Positions 1 through 10,919 of a stretch of DNA of 64,000 nt are shown in pieces (the first letter of the stretch is position 1; each line of letters opens with the position of its first letter). The position numbers and the translations under genes are program-made. Below the pieces are notes generated by a model. That model saw only the letters and a list, made by a program, of their open reading frames with translations. It searched no databases and was not told the DNA's origin. Origin of the DNA: Bilabrum cf. latius (lineage: Eukaryota); assembly GCA_965178125.1 (NCBI GenBank), contig OZ237738.1:806001-870000 (forward strand), written 5' to 3'.

Positions 1-3000
1 GTGAGCGTGGCGTCGGGCGCATCGACGAACGCGGTGTCTGGCGTGGTGACTGTGGGATCGGGCGCGGCGGTGTCGGCTGCATCTGGCGGCGTGAGCGTGC
101 TGTCTGGGTCTTCGTCGCTTGACTCGTCGGGCGCGGTGACTGTGGGCTCTGGCACGTCCGACGTGGATGTGACGGGCACGGTGACTGTGCGGTCTGGCGA
201 TGCGGCATCAGCGTCATCGGGCGCGGTGAGCGTGGCGTCGGGCGCATCGACGAACGCGGTGTCTGGCGTGGTGACTGTGGGATCGGGCGCGGCGGTGTCG
301 GCTGCATCTGGCGGCGTGAGCGTGCTGTCGGGCGTGTCTGACAAGGATGTGACGGGCACGGTGACTGTGCGGTCTGGCGATGCGGCATCAGCGTCATCGG
401 GCGCGGTGAGCGTGGCGTCGGGCGCATCGACGAACGCGGTGTCTGGCGTGGTGACTGTGGGATCGGGCGCGGCGGTGTCGGCTGCATCTGGCGGCGTGAG
501 CGTGCTGTCTGGGTCTTCGTCGCTTGACTCGTCGGGCGCGGTGACTGTGGGCTCTGGCACGTCCGACGTGGATGTGACGGGCACGGTGACTGTGCGGTCT
601 GGCGATGCGGCATCAGCGTCATCGGGCGCGGTGAGCGTGGCGTCGGGCGCATCGACGAACGCGGTGTCTGGCGTGGTGACTGTGGGATCGGGCGCGGCGG
701 TGTCGGCTGCATCTGGCGGCGTGAGCGTGCTGTCTGGGTCGTCGTCGCTTGACTCGTCGGGCGCGGTGACTGTGGGCTCTGGCACGTCCGACGTGGATGT
801 GACGGGCACGGTGACTGTGCGGTCTGGCGATGCGGCATCAGCGTCATCGGGCGCGGTGAGCGTGGCGTCGGGCGCATCGACGAACGCGGTGTCTGGCGTG
901 GTGACTGTGGGATCGGGCGCGGCGGTATCGGCTGCATCTGGCGGCGTGAGCGTGCTGTCCGGCGTGTCTGACAAGGATGTGACGGGCGCGGTGACTGTGC
1001 GGTCTGGCGATGCGGCATCAGCGTCATCGGGCGCGGTGAGCGTGGCGTCGGGCGCATCGACGAACGCGGTGTCTGGCGTGGTGACTGTGGGATCGGGCGC
1101 GGCGGTGTCGGCTGCATCTGGCGGCGTGAGCGTGCTGTCGGGCGTGTCTGACAAGGATGTGACGGGCACGGTGACTGTGCGGTCTGGCGATGCGGCATCA
1201 GCGTCATCGGGCGCGGTGAGCGTGGCGTCGGGCGCATCGACGAACGCGGTGTCTGGCGTGGTGACTGTGGGATCGGGCGCGGCGGTGTCGGCTGCATCTG
1301 GCGGCGTGAGCGTGCTGTCTGGGTCGTCGTCGCTTGACTCGTCGGGCGCGGTGACTGTGGGCTCTGGCACGTCCGACGTGGATGTGACGGGCACGGTGAC
1401 TGTGCGGTCTGGCGATGCGGCATCAGCGTCATCGGGCGCGGTGAGCGTGGCGTCGGGCGCATCGACGAACGCGGTGTCTGGCGTGGTGACTGTGGGATCG
1501 GGCGCGGCGGTGTCGGCTGCATCTGGCGGCGTGAGCGTGCTGTCGGGCGTGTCTGACAAGGATGTGACGGGCACGGTGACTGTGCGGTCTGGCGATGCGG
1601 CATCAGCGTCATCGGGCGCGGTGAGCGTAGCGTCGGGCGCATCGACGAACGCGGTGTCTGGCGTGGTGACTGTGGGATCGGGCGCGGCGGTGTCGGCTGC
1701 ATCTGGCGGCGTGAGCGTGCTGTCTGGGTCGTCGTCGCTTGACTCGTCGGGCGCGGTGACTGTGGGCTCTGGCACGTCCGACGTGGATGTGACGGGCACG
1801 GTGACTGTGCGGTCTGGCGATGCGGCATCAGCGTCATCGGGCGCGGTGAGCGTGGCGTCGGGCGCATCGACGAACGCGGTGTCTGGCGTGGTGACTGTGG
1901 GATCGGGCGCGGCGGTATCGGCTGCATCTGGCGGCGTGAGCGTGCTGTCCGGCGTGTCTGACAAGGATGTGACGGGCGCGGTGACTGTGCGGTCTGGCGA
2001 TGCGGCATCAGCGTCATCGGGCGCGGTGAGCGTGGCGTCGGGCGCGTCGACGAACGCGGTGTCTGGTGTGGTGACTGTGGGATCGGGCGCGGCGGTGTCG
2101 GCTGCATCTGGCGGCGTGAGCGTGCTGTCGGGCGTGTCTGACAAGGATGTGACGGGCGCGGTGACTGTGCGGTCTGGCGATGCGGCATCAGCGTCATCGG
2201 GCGCGGTGAGCGTGGCGTCGGGCGCATCGACGAACGCGGTGTCTGGCGTGGTGACTGTGGGATCGGGCGCGGCGGTGTCGGCTGCATCTGGCGGCGTGAG
2301 CGTGCTGTCTGGGTCTTCGTCGCTTGACTCGTCGGGCGCGGTGACTGTGGGCTCTGGCACGTCCGACGTGGATGTGACGGGCACGGTGACTGTGCGGTCT
2401 GGCGATGCGGCATCAGCGTCATCGGGCGCGGTGAGCGTGGCGTCGGGCGCATCGACGAACGCGGTGTCTGGCGTGGTGACTGTGGGATCGGGCGCGGCGG
2501 TATCGGCTGCATCTGGCGGCGTGAGCGTGCTGTCCGGCGTGTCTGACAAGGATGTGACGGGCGCGGTGACTGTGCGGTCTGGCGATGCGGCATCAGCGTC
2601 ATCGGGCGCGGTGAGCGTGGCGTCGGGCGCATCGACGAACGCGGTGTCTGGCGTGGTGACTGTGGGATCGGGCGCGGCGGTGTCGGCTGCATCTGGCGGC
2701 GTGAGCGTGCTGTCGGGCGTGTCTGACAAGGATGTGACGGGCACGGTGACTGTGCGGTCTGGCGATGCGGCATCAGCGTCATCGGGCGCGGTGAGCGTGG
2801 CGTCGGGCGCATCGACGAACGCGGTGTCTGGCGTGGTGACTGTGGGATCGGGCGCGGCGGTGTCGGCTGCATCTGGCGGCGTGAGCGTGCTGTCTGGGTC
2901 GTCGTCGCTTGACTCGTCGGGCGCGGTGACTGTGGGCTCTGGCACGTCCGACGTGGATGTGACGGGCACGGTGACTGTGCGGTCTGGCGATGCGGCATCA

Positions 3001-5890
3001 GCGTCATCGGGCGCGGTGAGCGTGGCGTCGGGCGCATCGACGAACGCGGTGTCTGGCGTGGTGACTGTGGGATCGGGCGCGGCGGTGTCGGCTGCATCTG
3101 GCGGCGTGAGCGTGCTGTCGGGCGTGTCTGACAAGGATGTGACGGGCACGGTGACTGTGCGGTCTGGCGATGCGGCATCAGCGTCATCGGGCGCGGTGAG
3201 CGTGGCGTCGGGCGCATCGACGAACGCGGTGTCTGGCGTGGTGACTGTGGGATCGGGCGCGGCGGTGTCGGCTGCATCTGGCGGCGTGAGCGTGCTGTCT
3301 GGGTCTTCGTCGCTTGACTCGTCGGGCGCGGTGACTGTGGGCTCTGGCACGTCCGACGTGGATGTGACGGGCACGGTGACTGTGCGGTCTGGCGATGCGG
3401 CATCAGCGTCATCGGGCGCGGTGAGCGTGGCGTCGGGCGCATCGACGAACGCGGTGTCTGGCGTGGTGACTGTGGGATCGGGCGCGGCGGTGTCGGCTGC
3501 ATCTGGCGGCGTGAGCGTGCTGTCGGGCGTGTCTGACAAGGATGTGACGGGCACGGTGACTGTGCGGTCTGGCGATGCGGCATCAGCGTCATCGGGCGCG
3601 GTGAGCGTGGCGTCGGGCGCATCGACGAACGCGGTGTCTGGTGTGGTGACTGTGGGATCGGGCGCGGCGGTGTCGGCTGCATCTGGCGGCGTGAGCGTGC
3701 TGTCTGGGTCTTCGTCGCTTGACTCGTCGGGCGCGGTGACTGTGGGCTCTGGCACGTCCGACGTGGATGTGACGGGCACGGTGACTGTGCGGTCTGGCGA
3801 TGCGGCATCAGCGTCATCGGGCGCGGTGAGCGTGGCGTCGGGCGCATCGACGAACGCGGTGTCTGGCGTGGTGACTGTGGGATCGGGCGCGGCGGTGTCG
3901 GCTGCATCTGGCGGCGTGAGCGTGCTGTCTGGGTCTTCGTCGCTTGACTCGTCGGGCGCGGTGACTGTGGGCTCTGGCACGTCCGACGTGGATGTGACGG
4001 GCACGGTGACTGTGCGGTCTGGCGATGCGGCATCAGCGTCATCGGGCGCGGTGAGCGTGGCGTCGGGCGCATCGACGAACGCGGTGTCTGGCGTGGTGAC
4101 TGTGGGATCGGGCGCGGCGGTGTCGGCTGCATCTGGCGGCGTGAGCGTGCTGTCGGGCGTGTCTGACAAGGATGTGACGGGCGCGGTGACTGTGCGGTCT
4201 GGCGATGCGGCATCAGCGTCATCGGGCGCGGTGAGCGTGGCGTCGGGCGCATCGACGAACGCGGTGTCTGGCGTGGTGACTGTGGGATCGGGCGCGGCGG
4301 TGTCGGCTGCATCTGGCGGCGTGAGCGTGCTGTCGGGCGTGTCTGACAAGGATGTGACGGGCACGGTGACTGTGCGGTCTGGCGATGCGGCATCAGCGTC
4401 ATCGGGCGCGGTGAGCGTGGCGTCGGGCGCATCGACGAACGCGGTGTCTGGCGTGGTGACTGTGGGATCGGGCGCGGCGGTGTCGGCTGCATCTGGCGGC
4501 GTGAGCGTGCTGTCTGGGTCTTCGTCGCTTGACTCGTCGGGCGCGGTGACTGTGGGCTCTGGCACGTCCGACGTGGATGTGACGGGCACGGTGACTGTGC
4601 GGTCTGGCGATGCGGCATCAGCGTCATCGGGCGCGGTGAGCGTGGCGTCGGGCGCATCGACGAACGCGGTGTCTGGCGTGGTGACTGTGGGATCGGGCGC
4701 GGCGGTGTCGGCTGCATCTGGCGGCGTGAGCGTGCTGTCGGGCGTGTCTGACAAGGATGTGACGGGCACGGTGACTGTGCGGTCTGGCGATGCGGCATCA
4801 GCGTCATCGGGCGCGGTGAGCGTGGCGTCGGGCGCATCGACGAACGCGGTGTCTGGCGTGGTGACTGTGGGATCGGGCGCGGCGGTGTCGGCTGCATCTG
4901 GCGGCGTGAGCGTGCTGTCGGGCGTGTCTGACAAGGATGTGACGGGCACGGTGACTGTGCGGTCTGGCGATGCGGCATCAGCGTCATCGGGCGCGGTGAG
5001 CGTGGCGTCGGGCGCATCGACGAACGCGGTGTCTGGCGTGGTGACTGTGGGATCGGGCGCGGCGGTGTCGGCTGCATCTGGCGGCGTGAGCGTGCTGTCG
5101 GGCGTGTCTGACAAGGATGTGACGGGCACGGTGACTGTGCGGTCTGGCGATGCGGCATCAGCGTCATCGGGCGCGGTGAGCGTGGCGTCGGGCGCATCGA
5201 CGAACGCGGTGTCTGGCGTGGTGACTGTGGGATCGGGCGCGGCGGTGTCGGCTGCATCTGGCGGCGTGAGCGTGCTGTCTGGGTCTTCGTCGCTTGACTC
5301 GTCGGGCGCGGTGACTGTGGGCTCTGGCACGTCCGACGTGGATGTGACGGGCACGGTGACTGTGCGGTCTGGCGATGCGGCATCAGCGTCATCGGGCGCG
5401 GTGAGCGTGGCGTCGGGCGCATCGACGAACGCGGTGTCTGGCGTGGTGACTGTGGGATCGGGCGCGGCGGTATCGGCTGCATCTGGCGGCGTGAGCGTGC
5501 TGTCGGGCGTGTCTGACAAGGATGTGACGGGCACGGTGACTGTGCGGTCTGGCGATGCGGCATCAGCGTCATCGGGCGCGGTGAGCGTGGCGTCGGGCGC
5601 GTCGACGAACGCGGTGTCTGGCGTAGTGACTGTGGGATCGGGCGCGGCGGTGTCGGCTGCATCTGGCGGCGTGAGCGTGCTGTCTGGGTCTTCGTCGCTT
5701 GACTCGTCGGGCGCGGTGACTGTGGGCTCTGGCACGTCCGACGTGGATGTGACGGGCACGGTGACTGTGCGGTCTGGCGATGCGGCATCAGCGTCATCGG
5801 GCGCGGTGAGCGTGGCGTCGGGCGCATCGACGAACGCGGTGTCTGGCGTGGTGACTGTGGGATCGGGCGCGGCGGTATCGGCTGCATCTG
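1..5890 (+). repeat. Coding tandem array of 29 near-identical units of 180 bp (type A) or 225 bp (type B), built from 45-bp modules
   Basis: Unit starts GTGAGCGTGGCGTCGGGCGC. Type A has SGVSDKDVTG and type B has SGSSSLDSSGAVTVGSGTSDVDVTG. 16 A + 13 B = 5805 bp, plus a partial unit. Confidence 0.95.
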
Positions 5891-6585
5891 GTGCAGTTAA
5901 CATCGTGAGTGGTAGTTCTGCATTGGACTTTTCTGGTGCTGTTACTGTTTCGTCCGGATCTGCGACGAGTGGTTCATCTGGTCTCTTGTCGTTGACCACC
6001 GGTTAGTCTACTGTGGCTGGGTCCGGATGGCTAGTTTTGTCTACAGGTGCCGCAACTGGAGCAACGGCTGGATCTCTAAGTATTACAGCCGGATCGTCGT
6101 TCGGCGGTGTTGGCGCAGATGTCCATATCACAGGTGGGTCATCATCCACTGGGGTCGGTGGAGACGTCATAATTCGACCTGGAACTGGAAGCAGTGATGC
6201 TAATGTGGGGGGAGTGCGAATTGGAGATTCGGGTACCAACATGCAGAGCTTCATCTACGGGGAGGTGACCCTTACGTTCACGTCCGTAACGACAGTTGCT
6301 GCGGACACTACAGAGACCGGCGCTGCAGCAACATTCCCAACAACGGATTTGCCGGAATACTTCCAGGTCGACTCGACAGACTTCATCATGCTGCAGCCAC
6401 TGTTTGCTGCAAACATGCAGATCTTCGTGACCTCGATATCTTCGTCCGGGGGGACTCCGTCGCGTGGGTCTCCACCAACCACGAGGACGCTCACTGTGAC
6501 CGTGACCAACTTCGATGATACAGTTAGCTTAACGGCTCATTCAGGTGGGTTGTATCGGATTGTGGTTATCAAGACAGTTGTGTGA
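1..6585 (+). CDS. Giant Ser/Gly/Val/Ala-rich tandem-repeat protein with 15-aa modules, probable beta-solenoid; 5' end lies outside the window
   Basis: ORF 1..6006 and ORF 6013..6585 are in the same frame, separated only by TAG at 6004-6006 (LTTG*STVAGSG). The 15-aa VxVxSG periodicity continues past the TAG, then a non-repetitive C-terminal domain ends at TGA TGA. Confidence 0.8.
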
Positions 6586-7710
6586 TGACGACTTGCGAGG
6601 TTTTGGGGTGAAACATGTTCGTTGGTGAGGCCATCAAGGTCTCTGAGATTGAGGTCGCGCGGTGGGCCCAGGACCCGCTCGAGATGCAGGCTCGGATGCG
6701 ACGTAGCGACGTGGTGGAGAGAGAGCGCGGTTAATGAGGCCAGGTTAGTGATGAAGCGCTGGCGCGGCGGCTAGGGCAGGCGAGGGTGGGAACGAGGGCA
6801 GGGTAGAGAGGGCGGTGACGGTTCACCAAGCGGGTGAGGGAGTAGTAGTGGAAGAGAAGATGATTGGTGGGGTCACCGGGTTGATACGGCGGATTGGAAG
6901 GGGGAGGCATAGTTGCGAGTACACGGTGCAGGAAGTCACTTGTTGGTTGAAGTGGCGTGCAACAGTATTAGTAGTCAGCAGAGAAGTAGCCCTGTATTTT
7001 TGTGGTACCTGCTTACTGTTGCTTAGTTGATTGATTGCTGTGAATACATAAGGATATGTGCTATATAGATCTACTAGACTAGGCGTGAGGATTCAGGAAT
7101 CCGAAATTTTCCGGAACCTTGCCAGGCCTACAGACCCAAATTTCAAATTCCGAAATACGGCATAGGGGACTAAAATTTAGTGTATCTTACCACTTCCTGT
7201 CACGGCCAATAGACTTGTTCAGCCAACTAGGGGCCACGGGTCGCGACTTGCCACCCAAGAATCTGAGACCCCCTCCACGCTTTTGCCTAAACTGTTGACA
7301 TTGGGGTTGTCAGCCAATCCAGAATCTGGATTCCAGATTCGAACCAGCCGTCCGAGAGTCTCCTGCTAGAATTCTGCCCGCAACCCCTTCTGACGTCACC
7401 TTCGCCCCGCGCAACCGACGTGACTGGCATCTATCTCTTGTCGGATTCACTGAATGCCTGCTTGCACCTATAAGAAAAATTGAGGCGAATCCATCCTACA
7501 GACTAAACTAACTAGCGATTGAAAGGCAGCTCAAGTCGGCGACGACTAACCCGTCCGGTTGCCTGCGGCAGCACACTTTGTTGGTTTCCCTGCCGTCGAC
7601 ACAGTTCGCGCACGCCACAATGTTACGACCCAATATATGTGGAATGCCACATGGTGCACACATACCAAACGTTGGCAAGACAGCAATTGCAATGCAAGAG
7701 GGGCCGTGAA

Positions 7711-9423
7711 TCATCTGCCAACAGCTGTCGCGATGGTGCCTGCAACAGCAAGCACCAGAGCAATCAGAAGCAGCAAGACTGTTGCTGTCATCACACAGAT
7801 AGATGAGCACTGTTCTGTTTTATACGAAGGGCAAGCTACCCACAAAATCATCGCAGGGAATACGTAAAGCTGGGTGACGCTGATAGTGGCCCCCAAGAAA
7901 CCGAACACGATTGCTACTTGCGGGAAAGCCACCGCCACCACCGCGGGCAGAACCGCCAGAGCAACAGACACCAAAGCAGACTCTACAGACTACGTGCAAC
8001 TAATGCACTATATTGAGCAACAAAACGCCGAATCAGTGCTCCCAAATGACTGCCCAATCGCTGCGGGTGTGTCTGCACTAGGAGAGTATTTAGCAGTACC
8101 GGTCGCAGCATTACACCGCGACTCAGCCGCGACAGTAGGCCCAGCGCCTCTATTAGAAGCAGGGTATAGCGTCCCTTCATAACTACTGGGGGCGCTTCCA
8201 AGCAAGGTGTCCCTTATGGACCGCTCACTTGTGTGGGGTGTCACCTCAGCGTTCGCGGAAGTCCTGGCGCAACGGATCAGATCCAGGAGTGAGAGCTTGC
8301 AAGGGTGCAAAACAACAGGAAAGGCTAGCGCAATATGCAGTGCCATGACTCCCTTGGCAACCTATGCGACAGTATTGTCGAAGCTGAACTCGATCAGAAC
8401 GTCTCCCGATACACCAGGCCCGAAGGCTCGGTAGCCAAGCACTCCTGTCGCCAAGTACAGCGTGACACAGGCAGCTGCCTGGCATGCAATGACGCATGCA
8501 AACCCTATTTTTTCGCCTGAATCAGTTTCCTTGGCAGGTGCTTCCCCAGTTGGCTAATTTCTCACCTGATGATCGGCCAAGGCTCTGAGAGAAGAATGGG
8601 CTGGCGTGCAGCTAGGCTGGCTCAATGCTTTGTCCACTCCCCCCCCTGAAGTATCCTCAGTATTCGCCAGCCGACGATCTGCACTGATCGGATCAGGTGG
8701 GCCGTCAGGAGGTTGAGCATCCGAGGCCTCTCTCCACTTAACAGAAAAACCGTGAACCACAGGGACAAGCTACAGATGATTCCCTAGACTAAAAACAATT
8801 ATAGGTATCCCTTGAAACACGTCCAGTACAGGGCTTTCTGATGGGTGCTGCGACGACGGATAGTTGCGGCTATTGCCAGTCTCCGCCAGTCCTACAACCG
8901 CGGCGACGAACACAATTGAAAGTACTGCAATAACACTGGAAAACCACAATTCTTGGATTTTTTCCGAGAACGCCAGGGGGGTTACGAGGAGGGAAGCACC
9001 AAGACATATAGCCCACCTCGATCTCGCAATCAAGCACCCTATCGAGCCGGTCGTGCAAAAGTGACTGGAAATACCAGTAGCAAGATCTCCAATAATGATA
9101 TAAAAAGCAATTAGAGCACCAAAGGAGCCTATCAGAATGGTGATCTGCGCTAGGAGTCGAGCTCGACTGCCGAGATACACTTCAACGATATCCTCGTATG
9201 TTCCTGTGGAGGATCGACTAGATTTGGCGCGCCAGTAGGCATCAGCTAGTACTCCCAAGGTAAAGCTGTTCAGAACTGAAAAGGCTAGGGTCGCTAAAAT
9301 GGCTCCAGCAAGGCCGCACCGTGCCACTGCGAACGGATAGCTCAGCATTCCAGCTCCAGCAGCTGCAATCAAAAGGTTTGATGTAGCTCCAAAATAATCG
9401 ACAAATCTGGAGCAGGTACACAT
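7711..9423 (-). CDS. Amino-acid transporter, Aa_trans (SLC38/AVT-like) family
   Basis: Motifs NLLIAAAGAGMLSYPFAVARCG, TYEDI, IPIIVFSLGNHL, GYRAFG..V.GDVL, FPVVLHP, VFGFLGAT..YVFPA. ORFs 8770-9501, 8554-8760, 8008-8346 and 7711-7974 share one frame, joined by TAGs at 8770, 8554, 8362, 8008 and 7990. Ends at TGA. Start ATG is approximate. Confidence 0.88.
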
Positions 9424-9542
9424 CGAACTCTGTGTCCACTGCGGTGGAAGAATGCACATGTTCGAATCCAGGCAAGCAGATTGGCGATTCGGAATGTCCA
9501 AAACTAGGACATTATTTTTTCGTGCAGCACACGGCCGAAACC

Positions 9543-10316
9543 ATGCAAATGCACAAAGGCGAATTCGGAACTGAGGAGGACTTACAAAACCTTGAAATTG
9601 TGGAGGAGCAGCTTCGGGAACTTGAGGGCAAAGTGAAACAGCTGAGGCGCTCGAATTTAGAAATGACGAAATTCATGGCAGAAAATGGAGAAGATGACGA
9701 CTTCATTCAAGCAATCAGAGACAATGAAACTGTAATAGCTAGATATGACGCACAAGTTGCTCGGCTTAGGGATGTATTCAGGGAGCTACAGTCCATGCAT
9801 GCTATTGGCTCGGGAGGGTCTGCTTCTGAGATCCCGTCTGGTGGGGCACCTGGCAGCGTAGATGGACTTCTCACCCCTCCGAACTCAAGAAAGGGAGTAA
9901 GACATCTCGCGGTGTCGGCGCAGGATCAGCCAGACCTCGCTCCAAGCCAGGCTGATCCCGAGGCTGCAAAGTCGTTGTTTATATCAGGTGAACCGCAACG
10001 TGAAGGGAGACTAACGTTGATTGATCCCAAAAAGGGAATTGGTCGCCAGGATTTACGCAAGGCTCTTGCGGAATCATTGCCACATGAGTCGATGGCACAT
10101 CTACCAGCACTGGCAGGCGGCAACGATGCCTCAGCACCTTCAAAAACAGGTGAAACGCACGACAGCAGCGCCAAGCCAACATAGGAGATCGGAATGGTAG
10201 GTGCAACTGGGCGAGGCGTGGCTCTTGGACAGCCTGTAATCGATGGTGAGGCCTCGGCAGGACCGGAGTCTGGCTCATCTCCGCCGAGTGCCACCGCCGG
10301 TAGCATACAATTGTGA
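9543..10316 (+). CDS. Hypothetical protein with N-terminal coiled coil
   Basis: ATG 9543. Heptad-like segment LEIVEEQLRELEGKVKQLRRSNLEM...FIQAIRDNETVIARYDAQVARLR. One internal TAG at 10182-10184, then an open frame to TGA 10314-10316. Confidence 0.65.
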
Positions 10317-10919
10317 GTGCCCTCGCCAGTCAGTGTCTGCTTCGAAGGCCGCTGCAGCGAGGCAATGATGCTCAAATGAGAGTTGCTCCATGCACCAGGC
10401 ATCGGGTCGGTGGGTTAGCAGCGGCTCGTTGAGTTGAATGCTGAATCAGTGCGTGAGCGGCTGAGGTCGTGCGCTGGGCACAGCGCACGGGGGAGTCGAC
10501 AAGTCGTGGGGCATGATGGAGCAGCAGATGTACCAAGGAACAACGGATAAGATAATACTGCAGCATGTCATATGAACGGCGAAGCCCATGCTGCTCAATG
10601 GAATCGTACGCGAGCAAGCCCCTAAAAGCGAAGCCGAGCCATGGCGATCCTGGTGTTGAGGCCAATCACGTCTCTTAAGATTGGGGAGAAGCCGTGGCGC
10701 AGATACGCGCTGCCATGGTTGAGAGGCATTCCCTGGGAGCGGCAGCACCTATTCTTGCCGACGGGTCCCGGTGGACCGACCATGTTTGTCCCCAGTCCAC
10801 TGGGCTGACAGCGAGACTGTAGGAGTGGACTGAAGTTTCGTATTTAAAGAAGATGATAGTAGTTGCATGCCACAGGAAACGTATCCGATGTCGGAGCCGT
10901 AAATGTTGCTCACAGCAGC

